Part shown: in pieces, positions 38,976 through 52,378 of the stretch | Position numbering within the stretch: the stretch's first letter is position 1 | How the letters are laid out: each line of letters opens with the position of its first letter | NCBI GenBank assembly: GCA_017499595.2 | Contig: CM039003.1 | Span: 372,001 to 436,000, forward strand | Source: Psilocybe cubensis | Taxonomy: Eukaryota | Length of the DNA stretch: 64,000 nucleotides | Direction of reading: 5' to 3' | Notes under the pieces: model-generated | Told to the model about the DNA's origin: nothing | Database searches by the model: none | The model's input: the letters and a program-made list of their open reading frames with translations, nothing else | Translations under genes and position numbers: made by a program

Positions 38976-40451
38976 ATGGTCAACAAGCGCACTATGCCTA
39001 CACAGAAACCACAATTGTTTCCTCGGGCGGAGAGGCCATCGTCCATCGCAGAACTTGTAGAGCGTGCCAATCTAGACGAATGGATACACGCTCAGGCAAG
39101 TAATCTGGAACTGACAAATTCCGTTAAAGCAGTTGCAGACCTTATCGACGCATGTAGTCATCTGGAGCTGGAGGATCTAATAGAGATATACACTGGTCAG
39201 GTGGATGAGAGGCTGCTGGAAGAGAAGTTTCTCCAGCTCATTCGAGTGGCTGGCCTGCTGTTCGACGTCTTTCCAGCACACAGTCAATACAAAGCGATAC
39301 TGGAGACTGATGAATTTGAAACGGCGAGCCTACCATTCCATGCTATACTAAGTGTCCTTGTTAATCGTAATCAAACTTGACAGGGAAGTAAACGTGTCGT
39401 AGAGTACTTGTTGGAGATCAAATCGTATCTCATCCTCAGATACAATACCTGGATGAACAGCCACAGTGGAGCAACAGCGGGAGCACCAGCGCCCAGTACA
39501 AGTACTGCAACGTCCAAGTACCACTCACTGACAGTCAAACAGCGCCACTATGGTACTCAGGGGGTATTGTCACCCGTCAATGACTGTATCGAACGATCGG
39601 CGACAAATTCGGAGGACCTAATCCGCAGGATGCAAGATCTCAAGTTGCGCCGGCTGTTTGTTAGCAATCCGGACGATACGGAGGACGCCCCTGATCGCAT
39701 TTTTAAACAGCACCGCGCTGAGGCAACTCCAGATATATCTACAGGTAGAAAAATTGGAAGTTTAGTTGACATCTTACTTGACGTGAGCCACTCCGAACTT
39801 CGCCATATTCTCGAAATCACCCTAAAGTAAAGAAAATTACTCAACAGGATACCATTATCTGCGAACCGATTGTATCAGCAGGTCAGGAATACAAGATTCC
39901 CCGGAAAAACCATTCATCTCATAGAAAGGAGACTTCGATTCGACAGCTCTTGCACTAGTTATCCGCAATTGCAGACCCTGTATCTCATGGAGAAAAGGCC
40001 GATAGCACAGATGAATTCGGAGACACCAGTGATGCAACGATATACTCCGAGGCTGCATCGTACACCGAGTCTACAGATTACGGGTTGTACTATAGAAGGA
40101 TGGCGCTCAGCTCAGACGAATCTGATGCATTCTTTTGAAATCAAATATCGATACGCACAATGGACGTAGCCATCATATCAAAGCGGTCCCTCGAAGCTTC
40201 CCCTCGATTAATGGCTCGCTGAAGGGAGTTGTTGGGACTTCCAACACACAAGTCCAATAAATATGAGACGACTTGCCTCCTCCCTGAAAGTTGTCTTCAA
40301 GCGCGATTGGCATCATATAAATAATCTGCTTTCAAACTCGGATCAAAGTACCTTCATCGAGCTCAATACACCGCGGAATAAGCCAATTGACTGTTTAATA
40401 CATATGAAAGTTGAATGGTATAACTTAGACCTCACAGATAGCGCCACATAA
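38976..40451 (+). CDS. Hypothetical protein with an N-terminal USP8-dimerisation/MIT-like domain
   Basis: RPSSIAELVERA...EEKFLQLIRVAGLLFDVFPAHSQYKAIL resembles the N-terminus of fungal AMSH/Rfu1-type proteins. Downstream exons and the 3' end are uncertain. Confidence 0.5.
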
Positions 40452-40576
40452 ACGCGAGTTTCGCATGGGGAGCCACTATATGGTATGTATGCCGTGTAAA
40501 GTGCATGATTATGGTCCGGGAGTGAATGCAAGGGTATGGTATGATGAAAAAAACATGTGCGTTCCATTCATTAGTT

Positions 40577-41696
40577 TCATGCAGCTTGGATGCCAGCCTC
40601 TTTGAGCTTCGCCAATAGCTCGTCAACATTGGAGACTTTCCCTCCGCCCACGCGCGTGGGAGGCTCGGTGACTTTGAGCGTCTCGAGCTGAGGCGTGTAG
40701 TCAACACCAAGATCCGAAGGGGAAAGTTTTTCGACTGGCTTCTTCTTGGCCTTCATAATGTTCGGTAGCGTCGCATAGCGGGGAACTAGAAAGCAAGTGA
40801 TTAGTGAATTCGCTAGCATTCATAGGCGATGAACGCACCGTTGAGACTATTTAGAAGGAAAGAGTTGAGCATGTCCCTGTACCATAAATACACAAAACTT
40901 ACCGAAGATCGGTTGTAATAACCATGGGAAGCTTGCATCTAATCTCCTCCCCACCGCCATCGATCTCCCGAACCACAAGCACTTCATTCTTCGCTATATC
41001 CACATCAACCTTGCTCGCAAACGTTGCCTGACTCCATCCCAACAAGCCCGCCAGCATCTGACCCGTCACACCAAGATCGTCATCAATAGCCTGCTTCCCG
41101 AGGATCACTAGGTCAATCTTATCTGCATCGCTAGCGGCGGCTGAGTTTTGGCGTTCAATGACTGCACGGAGAGTCTTGGCCACGGCAAGGGGCTCTGGTG
41201 ACGGTTGTGATTCAGGGATTTCGACGTGAATGGCGGAATCAGCACCCATTGCGAGCGCTGTACGTAGAGTATCCACAGATTTTGAAGGTCCGATTGTGAT
41301 AGCTTTTATGGTTTTCACGGCGTCCTTGTGCTTTTGACGAAGGATCGCAGCTTCCTCAACGGCTGTGGGGCAAATCGAAATGAGAAGGCATGAGCAGTGG
41401 TGTCCCATCTAACGTTCAAGACACACCGATTTCGTCAAAAGGATTCTGTTGTTTTATGATGAGTTTCATTAAGATATAGATATATTGCAAGTTGAACATA
41501 CCATCGAATGTTTGACATTGGTGTCAATTCCAGTTTGCTGAGGATTGACGCGGATCTTGACAGCATAGTCCACAGACCTAAAAATCGCGTTTTTTCACAT
41601 TATATGCTTAGCCTAAGCTAGATAGAAGGCTTATATGCTGTCTCACCGCTTCACTGGGACCAGGATATTGAGCAAACGAATAGCTGACGGTCTCAT
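40577..41696 (-). CDS. ETFB: Electron transfer flavoprotein beta subunit
   Basis: [83 protein letters not shown]. Confidence 0.96.
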
Positions 41697-43677
41697 GGTG
41701 GTGGATGGAAGGGAGCTCCGGATGCGTTCAAGCCGCCCTCTGCCGGTGTTTTCGTCGGAGTTCAATTGGTACAGGCACGTGATATTTCTAAAATTGTGTT
41801 AATTGTGGGGATCCTTCTGGATCCTTCAATAATAACATCACCCCTCGAGCCAGAAGTATCATTGAAAAAATACGGACTTAAAAAGGAGAAAAAAAGGATT
41901 TATTGCTGTTTCTCACAAAGATATTCCTCTGAATGAATATTACGAGAAAATAAACCACGTGATTGTTCGATGCGGCACCTTGGAAGCTGCATTGATCTGC
42001 TTCTTTTTTCTTCCTCAATGGTGCTTTGCTCCCGCTTTCTGTTTTTTAAACGCCAAGTTCCCAGATACATCCGACGAGCATGCTATATAAACCCATTTCA
42101 CTAAGGAAATCAGCAAGATCGAAACACCCTTAGATTCCTACTCGACTCCGGGATCCGACAGCAATTCCATCGCAATTCCACAGAATTCCACGGTAAGGCC
42201 AGTAATATGTGTCTGTTGACTTAGCTCTCCTTTACCATAGCCTACGTTTACCACTTTAAACGCATAGGCGTGGGAAGTGCAGAGGAATTGAAGCTGAAGT
42301 CTCGTCCTGAACGGCTACATCAAGGCAGACTACTCGTCAGTGACAGACTATTTGCCAAGGTGTTAGGTGCACCATGATGCTGATAATATGTGCCTAATGC
42401 TTCGGTTTAAAACGAAAAGGCTGACTCCTTCTAGTTATCCTTTTATTGATTGCCAATCAATCCTGAGCTTGCTGCTTGATTGCGTATATAAAGACCTCGA
42501 GATGTGCACGGCCGAGCCTCTCAGCAATGCATTCACCTCGTGATGTCCAATGAACCACTCAGCACTCTATCGGCCTATAGCTCTTATCAACGCTTTTGAT
42601 GCATTGATGTTTGGTACTCCGGTTTCTGTGAAGCACTATCTAGCCTTGATTTATTTCTTGACAGTTTGACCCCTTTAGTTCGTCAACTATATCTTCAATA
42701 AGTCGCTTATGATCAATTATCCAGTATCTGGATCCGCTTGCTCCACTCATCGCTAACCAACGATATCAGAAATTTATTTTCTGAATCGTTTTGCTCCAGG
42801 AATCCCGGAACAATGTATCATTTTCTGATTCTAACCCACTCTCTGCCTATGTTCCATCGTTCGATGCTTTATCCGTTTGATGACATGTTCTGATACTTCT
42901 GATTCTCAAGCTCCATAGTTCATGTTTTCAGTGACCAAGCAGTGATCTCTGTTTTATTAAATCTGCAATCAACAGACACAGATGTTTGCTCTCACTCATC
43001 AAATAGGAATGGATTTGATGGAACAAAAGTAGAACACGTCAGAGAATTCTCACAGTATACTGAGTTCAGATAAAGTTGTTAGGTTGAGAAGATTTCGCTA
43101 CCTTCAACGTAATATGACTCTCGACCTTTTGACTGTGCGTGACGTTGCGTGTAGTCCACTTTAGAGCACCTGTGATCCTTACAGGTCCCATTAATTGTCC
43201 ACCGCTCTGCACGCTTTACATCTATCTTTCAGGCTGTGGTTACCATTTCCTGCGTTCAAATCTAGACCAGTGTTACACAGTGTATACATAGCAGACTTAA
43301 CTACAATCCTTTAAACCTGTACCAAGACTACACCAAAGAAATGATCAATGATCATAACGACCACAAAAGGACATCCTCCTCCTGAGGGGTTTAGTCCCGA
43401 ACGGGTTGGTACAGTCTGCCACAATCATTCAAGAGGCTGGGTCGAGATTAAGACGCAACATTTGGCTCACAACTATCAGAAAAATGACCAATCGGCCATC
43501 CTGTTCGCAAGACAAGATGTGATCTTTGCCAGTACCTACTAAGCGAGATTCCCATAATTACCCTTAAATTAAAAGCCATCCAATTCCTATGCTTCTCTTC
43601 CCGAGTCCTATCATCTTGTTAGAATGAATACTATACCGAATGGACTGACCGGAGGTCCACTTGAAAGACCACTAAAC

Positions 43678-45190
43678 ATGGAGCATCCAAGTCCAAAGCA
43701 GGGACAAGCGATGTTGATATGGGCAGCCGGAGCGTTAGTAGATCCAATTATGATGTATCGTGAAGTATCTAATGTCGCTAACTTCTGTACTACAGATTCT
43801 GCATCTACGGTTGGGAGTTTTTTGTATGCTTGCCAAAAGAGCGTTCGTTGATTTGGAGCCGGCCAAAGAATGTATGTAAATCACCCTGGTATATCCTCTT
43901 TCAATCCATAAGGCTAAAAGTACCCGCTCCCTTTGTAGTGGTTCAGCATTTTGTATATAGGTAAGCCCATCACTGCCCTTGAGTTTCAGTCATTTGTTGA
44001 CTTCATAGGTACTCAGCCAACAGATACTTCGGGCTTATCCAGTGAGCTTTGATCCTAATGAACGTAAAGGGTAGCAAGTGTAATTTCTTATTTTCAGATT
44101 TGCGTTAGTTGTATCAATGTCAACTGACGTCTGGTCTACTTCCGCGTGTCGTCGTATGTTTTTCGCATGCGATTTATCACGATTCATAAATTTATGCTTT
44201 TCTAAAACAGGAATTTATCTCTTTGAGCCTATCGGCGGCCTCATTAGCATTGTCCTCTCTCAGGTGATTCTTGGAGCGAGAGTGTACGCGGTAGGTCGTC
44301 TCGGAATTATGAAACCAGAATACTTATTGTCGCTGTAACCACACTAGCTATACTCCCAAAGCAAACTTCTGGCCCTCATCCTTGTATCCATCCTCGTTGG
44401 ACAAATCATTATTGGTGCTATCGCGACTAGTGGTATCGATCCTCCACCGACGATACCACTTGGGGTCCCAGGACTACCTCCCGATTTTCAACCTCCCCCC
44501 TGTGGGTCGCTTTCTGCACAGTTTAGATGGCAAGTCACCTATTGGGTCAGTAACTATTACTTCCTTCATAGAGAGCTTATATCTTATTCATTCACTGTTA
44601 TTAGACAGTACCACTATTCTACGACACTTTGACGTTCGTGTAGGTTGATTCGGTTTTTTCTGCTTTTAAATCTATACCGAAGCGTTTTTAAAGGTTGACC
44701 GCATGGAAGGCACATGGTCTCTGGAGGGAGCAATTGAACACTCGATTATTCGACATAATTTGGCACGATGGCTTGTTGTACTTTTTTGCAATACTCACCA
44801 TGAACATTGTAAACGTGATTATCTTTCTCGCGGCTCCCCCGGGCATACGCGATGTTAATCTTGCGTACGTTTTCCATTCATCATGGAAATGTTACATCTC
44901 TTACTGACTTTGAATACAGTCCGACGATTATGTTGGAGATTATCCTATCCTGCCGGCTAGTACTCAACTTGAGGGACACACAGAATCAGTCCCAATACAC
45001 TTCTAGAGTGCCGAAGAGACGTACCACTCTGATATCACCAGTGAAATCTGTGAGATGGGAGTCATCAGCAATAACTGGTAGTCAGAATTTGAACCAGTTG
45101 GAGACACCCGAAATTAACCTAGAAGTATATGGGAAAGTCCCAACATCCAAGGACATGGTCTTCAACATAGACGCCACTCATTCTGTATAA
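43678..45190 (+). CDS. Basidiomycete multi-pass membrane protein (DUF6533-like)
   Basis: WEFFVCLPKERSLIW...LYIANRYFG...QVILGARVYA...IIWHDGLLYFFAI...SCRLVLNLRD pattern. Start is ATG 43678 or 43624. Confidence 0.75.
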
Positions 45191-45576
45191 TTAGATATAT
45201 TCACACACTATATTTTTTGTGCAAAGAATTTTCTATGTAACACCTTATAGGTATACATCCCATGTATCATTTGATAGAACAAGTCAACACAAACTGTTGA
45301 ACTTTTAAGAAGAGCGCTTGGGCCAATACCACTGCAATGTAGAATTTGGGGTGTGTGCATTCATCCAGCGCAGAGAATAATCTCTTACGCTGCCTTGACT
45401 TGAGCAACCATTACCAGACGCAGTGCAAAAATGTGTTGCCAGGATCGTTCTGCTACGCGTGCGCTCACGATCACGTGAATGTGTGACAGCATTCTCACCC
45501 TTGTTTTGGGCCTTTCATCCGAACGAACGAGTATATTCAAGCATAGAATTGCAATTCTTTCCTCTATTAATACCAA

Positions 45577-46702
45577 ATGTCCTGTCCTAAATGTATCGAA
45601 GGCTTTCTTCTGCCAGGGGATCCAGCAGGAACAATTGAAAAAGACTTCCGAGGCGCCTACCATGCATGTCCCAGGTCAGCCGATGCAAATGAGGTTGCCA
45701 CGTCTGCAGAAGACGCACAACGCGCCATCATTCTGCTTACAGATGGATTTGGCTTGCCATTGAAGAACTGCAAGATAATCGCGGATAACCTGGCCAACCG
45801 GCTAAACTGCGACGTTTGGATACCTGATTACTTTGATGGTCCGTGTTTATCAGCCACGAAGATGCAACGCTGACCCTAGAAACTTTGTGCTTAGGGAGGC
45901 CACTTGTTCCAGTTGATGACCTGAGAACACCCGATCGCGCCAGCAAGACAATGAGTGTACTGGACTGGATCAAGTTCATCTTGTTCACCGGTATTCCTAG
46001 TCTCCCTGCCTTCATTCATAGCAGGCCAGCTGTGGCTGATAAGCGAGTCACCTCGGTGAGCTACCTTTATAAGCCGTGTGCAGTTCAAAGTCAACGACAG
46101 TTAATTCTTCATAGTTCATAAATGACTTAAAAGAGAAGAAACATTATACTAAGTTAGGAGTAGTAGGGTGAGCATTTTCTAACAAGCATATGAAACGATG
46201 TTTGGTACAGCAATACACGTAGGTACTGCTTTGGTGGCGCCACGGCTGTCCGCTTTGCGGGCACAAACCTGGTTGATGCCGCTGTCATATGTCATCCCGC
46301 CGGATTCCCGATACGTGAAGCACAGGCTATCAAGGTACCCACAACTTGGGCATGCGCAGATGGTACGCTACAAAATTCGTTGCATCTAGAAGTTTACCAA
46401 CCCATCATTACTGTGCCAGTCGATATATTCTGGCCCCGCTCAAAGCGCTTGCAAGTCGAAGCAATTCTATCCGCAAAGAAAGGGAAGGAAGATTTCAGAG
46501 AGTATGAATTCAAAGATTATAAAGGTTAGCACCTTTAAATATCTTTATGACTTCTGGTTGAATACTTAGCTTTTTATCTTCATTGGCAGGAACTGCACAT
46601 GGATTCGCTGCACGCCCTAATCTCAACATTCCGGAAGTTAAAGAAGCCTACGAGCAAGCATTTGAGCAGACAGTCGAGTGGTTCAAGAAGACACTCGTCT
46701 AA
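45577..46702 (+). CDS. Dienelactone hydrolase family alpha/beta hydrolase
   Basis: MSCPKC, LLTDGFG, VWIPDYF, VGYCFGG (nucleophile motif), ICHP, YKGTAHGFAARP. Confidence 0.93.
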
Positions 46703-48489
46703 TAAGAAGCTAGTCCTCGTCATTTCTCGTGTCTTCTTAATGTCACTCTGTGACCTGCTCATCATTAGCCCATATCGGCCATATACCGCTAATATAAGTA
46801 CACATTTCCATGATGTACACGAGTCGAGTGGCCTAATATTGCCTTATCGGTCCAGAAACTCGCTTCTTATCCCCGTTTAACAATTGTGCTTTTTTGATAC
46901 AACGATGGGATTGGATGCAGAGTCACAATCGACTGCGCAATGAGGTAGGGACCATAAGTCCGGCTCCAGCCACGTTCCACAGGTGACAGTTTATGACGAT
47001 ATATATGTCTCCGGCCGAGAAAGAAATATCTCAAGTGGGAGAGCCTGCCTGTGAAAACGCACGATGATGAAGCATGGCTGCGTTCGGATCAGGATTTTCA
47101 TGCGATAAGTAGTGAACACCGCTATTGTGAAGCATTTATCAGAAATATTTGCGTGCGGTAAACCAGTGCGATGCTCCCAGAAGAACAGTGACATGGGTAA
47201 ATGAACGATCTGGAGCTCTTTAAATTGACAAATGACTATGTGGTGATCACAGGCCAGGTTCTCGCTCTAAATCAAAGGTACAAGAACAGAGTTCGAATCA
47301 TAGCAATAAATGTGATAAAAATACATAAGTAGCAAGCGGAGATTGCGGCTTTAGTTCTTAGAAAGGCATGGACTACAATACACACAGACTTGACATAGAC
47401 CTGAGGACCTTTGGAGGTTTGGAACATCACCGTACGTTTGAAAACTAGGCAACTCTCAACCCAGACTCGTGGATTGTGATATATATAGCATTTATTGCCC
47501 ATGCCTATCTCATGTTTACGACGCACCTGATTAGCCTTGCTTTAAATAATCTTTCCAACCTTATCCGACGAGAAATTTGGTCATTCTATGAGTTGTTCAA
47601 TTTTCAACCAATTTATGAAACTAGTGCGACTTACATATTTAGAACAGTGATACTTTCCTCTTGTTTTACCGTATTGGAATCCAATGTAGCTTTTAAGCCT
47701 TATTATCATATTGAGTGTGGGGAATATTGAGTAATGGACTATTCCCAACATCTCCAAATTATTGGTATATATCGTAGGCTTAAATAGCAATTGGTGGACT
47801 TGTAATCTATGGCGCACACATCTGCTTAAATCGTGGAGACAATACCGAAGCTGGCAACGCCAAATTACGGCATTTTGACGATAGTGGACCGTAAATAATG
47901 GGATTTCTCACAATGCATAGTCGCTGGGACTATATGAGGGTGGGTTACATGCACATCTGACCACATCCGACGGCTGTGCCACGTTCATCATCGCTGAAGA
48001 ACACCCCCTCGGTTCCTGAACAGTCAATTGCTAAGCGATTCAATATAAATTCTATATTCTCGAGACTCGAGACCAATATTATGGTGGAACGGTGGACACG
48101 GATGCTACCAAGTCAGGAAGAATTAACCTTGGTAGCCCAATGTCTTATGACCGCAGATGACAGATAAATCGCAGGTGTCGGGGACCACATTACATTGGAT
48201 AAGAACAGAACAAAACGCTTAAGGCTACACAATAAAAAGCGACTGGCTATAATGTTACATCTGGGGAAAGTATAAGGCTACAAAAGTCAGAATTTATCAA
48301 TATATACGAACGACTTTACGAATAACAAGAATGAGCGAAGTATGATAGGAATAGCAGAAGGGTGAAAGAGATCGTGAGGGGCATGAGTGTATAAAAGGAA
48401 TCGTGATGGAAATGGAAATCTGAAAGGTTGCAAAACACTCGGATCCAGGCCAAAGGCAGAACACCGCGTCTGTTCGCAGGTTTTTGACG

Positions 48490-49722
48490 CTATTTTTCTC
48501 TCCATAACAGATCCGTATTGATCTCTGGATCCACTCGGCAGATACCTTTTACCGCTGTGACCACACTCCGGTCAAAGTCGTGAACAAAAACAATTTTGGT
48601 GACCGTGGGGTTGTAGAGGCGCAACTCGCTGGCGAGCGCTCTAAGGGCAGCTGGAGAAGATGGTGGTGGTTGCCAATTTGAGACCTCCAGCTCAATAGAA
48701 CGGATCTGGGGAAATCGCATAAGCAGACCATAGAATTGGAGGCGCTGAAAGAAGACGGGCAACGTTTGTTAGCTTCATTAAAAACTCACGAACGAAGATG
48801 CAAAGCGTACTTCTCTACCGTCTATGGGAAGAACGAAGGTTCCCAGGTGCCGCAGCTCACGCACTAATGTTCGTCTTTCTGAGATGGCTGAGAGCAAGAT
48901 TGCCGAAAATCTCTCGGTGTAGGATGAATCGGCGATATCGAGAGATCTCATGGGGCAAGTGGATGCTCCTGTGGAGGTCAAGAGGTCGTTCATTTCCTTT
49001 TTCTTGGCATCGAGTTCTGTCCTCGAAAAACAAGTTTTGAGGTGCGTGACAGGGCGACCGGGTACCAGAGCCATGGCTGCCTCGGAGAATGTACATTCCA
49101 ATGTAGAGAGCTGGGGGATGGATGAGGATTCCAACCTAAGAGATCGTGATGGCAGGGGTTCCGATGTGGTTGGCGTAGCCGAGTCGTCAATATCCCTATA
49201 ATCTTGTATGTACAAGTCTTCTAGTTTGCCTTGTTTGTTGAGGAAACGTACAAGGCCTTGGTCCCAATCGAAGTCAGAATGAAACCGACGCAGTTGGAAG
49301 GTGGCATGCTCGAGAACCCAGGAAACTGCAGATGTCGTACCATTGTTGATATGTATATTAAGATATCGAAGATACACCGTCTTCTCCAAAGCTCGAGCAA
49401 CTGAATGCCAATCCATATCAACAGGGGGCAGTTTCTCATCGTCGGATTCGTCGATATCTTCGTCTTCACCCTCGCTGTCGTCTCCTTCTTCGTCGGATAA
49501 CATAATTGTAAGAGCATCAACGTGGACGGCCAGCTGCGGCGAATTGGCCAGAGTGTTGCATAGAATCACCGTCTCTTCGTCGTTCCGCATGAAAAGCGTA
49601 TTATACAGGGCACGCTCTGCAACACGCTTGAAACCTCTGGATACTCTACATAAGGAAGCGATATCGGCGCGATTCCCAACATTTTTGACAATGTTTCGAT
49701 AGGCCTCTAATGTCAGTTCCAT
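48490..49722 (-). CDS. F-box-like hypothetical protein
   Basis: MELTLEAYRNIVKNVGNRADIASLCRVSRGFKRVAERALY resembles an F-box N-terminus, followed by LRR-like segments. One intron at 48745-48810. Confidence 0.75.
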
Positions 49723-51332
49723 ACAAAGTGGAGCATTACCTGGATTCGTAGCGTCGAGAATCGTCAACGAAATGAAATGTGACAAAGCTGATAAGACGTA
49801 CCAACTCCACAATGAGAAATATAAACCAATCGGAGCTAGAAATGAACTATACGAGTAAACGTTGACTGAGAGAAGGGAATAAAAGACGTGAAGTATATCA
49901 ACCGAGTGAAGATCTGATGGGAGGCACCAAGTACCTCGATAGACTGAAGATAATTTACCTTTGACCTTTTTATACGCCACGCCGTGCGATGACGATGGAA
50001 AGAAATAAGCAATGGTCAAGGAGAAAGTCAAAATAGAAGTCGTAACAGACAAATAGACTGTAGCGACTCGCTTCCGAAGGTAGTATTTATGTGGAAGGAA
50101 CCATCGTGGAAATCCGAGACGGGGGCATTTCGGAGTCTGAGGGGGATCTCCGGGTTGATCATGAATATTCCCAAGGCGAAGGTCTTTTCGGCAACAACAC
50201 TCTCTCGTTCGTCCGTCAGGCGGTAAACAGGTTACCTGGTGCGGTAAGTACGTTTCTGCCAAAAACTGAGAGATACGGATGTAGCCACGTGGGTGCCATG
50301 CGCAACTCGGGGACGATGGCGGCGTTGTCGGCGATGGTTGGCTCAACGGTGCAACTGGTTGCAAGTTTCTACGTCTTGTCAAACTAGGGTTCGCAGGATT
50401 GCACTTTGCGTATGGCAAAGACATGTAAGCGCATCGAGAACCAACTTCGGCACATTTGAACGGCGGGACTGTTGCTTTTGATAACCGTTCTTGTGATGTT
50501 CCGCAGCTTACAGAAAGCCCTATTCTGGTGCCTAGACCGATATCTTTAAGTAGCTCGTGAGACATCTAGATATATGGATAAAATTGAGCAGAAAAAAGGC
50601 TATAGAAAGGTTGTGGAATTTGATTATCCTGTCTTTGTTTCGCAAGAAAAATAGTTAGGTCGAGGGTTGTCCCTGATGACGACAGAGAACAAAAATGCAT
50701 ACATTTACTAGCGAAGCATGATTCAGTCACGTAAGTCGTTGGGGATGGGTTGGTAATAAGCAGCAACTGGATTCGAAAGAAATAAACTTTCGTTTCGTCA
50801 TGATCAGTTCATTGCTTCCCGATGTTTCTCCTGTCAGAAGTAACCAAGCTTTCGCATTGTACCCCCTAATTTAGAACGAAAGTATGAGTAAAGGTTGCCA
50901 TTTGGTACAAGTAATTGCACAGACTCGAGAAAATTTATTCCAGGGGTTCATAAACGTGCACATATTTTTCCTTTATTGGGCAAGTGCGCGCTCTCGAGAC
51001 CAGGTGTAAAATTAAAAGGCAAGATACGATGACATTGTGGTGCATTCGGAGCAACTTAATGACAATGCCCATGTTCCACCTAACTGAATGAAAAAATATC
51101 TCCTGAGCTCCTATCGAGAAGAACGAATTGCGGGAGGATGGGAATGGGATGGACATCGGTCGGAATTTCAACGGCGGATTCAAGTTCCAATTTCATCGTT
51201 ATAAATTGTCAAGGCTAAGATCTCGCACGGGTAGAGATGTAGTTGCTTGGTGGGCTCAAATAGCCTGGGTATTCATTTCAGAAATATATGATCGAAAAAT
51301 CCACGGAAGATAACAAGACGAACTCCATTTGT

Positions 51333-52004
51333 TCACTCCAATTTCTCCAATTCTTCCAGTCGTGATAGAACAACATCTTTGCTTGTTTCTTCGACTTCAC
51401 CGGCTAGGAATATTTCGTCGAGGATAGCATACACCTGGTGCGAATAAGTCAAAGAAAAGGTAAATTTAAAATAATCCACACCTTGTAAAAATTGAAAACC
51501 AAGTCCAGTTCACACACATTATCGAAAAAGGTATCTGACGCAACTATGTAAGGCACTGACTTGACTAACATTCGCATACGCACCTAGAATTTCGACGAAA
51601 AGATGGATGGCTTCAAGGTACGCCAATTCATTGTCGTTGTCGTCGACGCATAAGCAAAAGAATAGACCTGCATATCGCCGGTAGACCACTTTGTAATTGC
51701 GGAACTAAACCGGGGTCAACGATTGTTTTGACGATGGTGGATTGAGCCAAACCTCAACGAAATTCGACTGATATTTCTGGTCGCGCGGTGCAACTAACCG
51801 GTGCACTTCACCGCGAAGTCTGACCTTTGCACGTTCAGTACCAATAAATGAAGATGCAAATCTGGTGCTCACTTTCTCATCGTCATCGTACGGAACATAC
51901 CACTTTGACAGTCTTGTCTTCCCTTGGCGATTCTGGCACTAACTGTCAGCGCGTACGCCATGATGTGGAGTGTGACACACCTGAACGAGGATAAACCTGA
52001 TCAT
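51333..52004 (-). CDS. APS2: AP-2 clathrin adaptor small (sigma) subunit
   Basis: Spliced [28 protein letters not shown]...[21 protein letters not shown]...[31 protein letters not shown]...LEKLE*. Absent from the ORF track because all exons are short. Confidence 0.95.
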
Positions 52005-52378
52005 ATTAGATGGTTCATACGGTGGCTTTGCGGCGGTTGAGTTCCAAGTCGTCGTCGCGTTTGTCAGCGACGTCGGAGACACCTTTGTTTGGCAATATCC
52101 CCTCATGCAAATAACAGATTACGTATGCACTATATATATTGACCCGGCCTACTATACTTAGACTAACTGACCAAAAATAGAACTCAGAATCTCGGCGTCA
52201 TGTAACACCCCCCGCGGCGTAACCATACACAGGCTATTTCGAAATCCAAGTCTTACACTTGATATCGAATTGGTCATGAAAACGAGTTCATTATTAGAAT
52301 CTTTGGCATGAGAAATGGAGGCTTTTAGAAGCTATGGTTACACTTGCCCCTGGAGATAGTGAACTTGTGGAAGGACAC

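Noticed and set aside
42160-42192. AATTCCA repeated three times, followed by an intron-like GTAAGG..TAG
   Set aside because: Too short; no ORF or RNA family could be supported.
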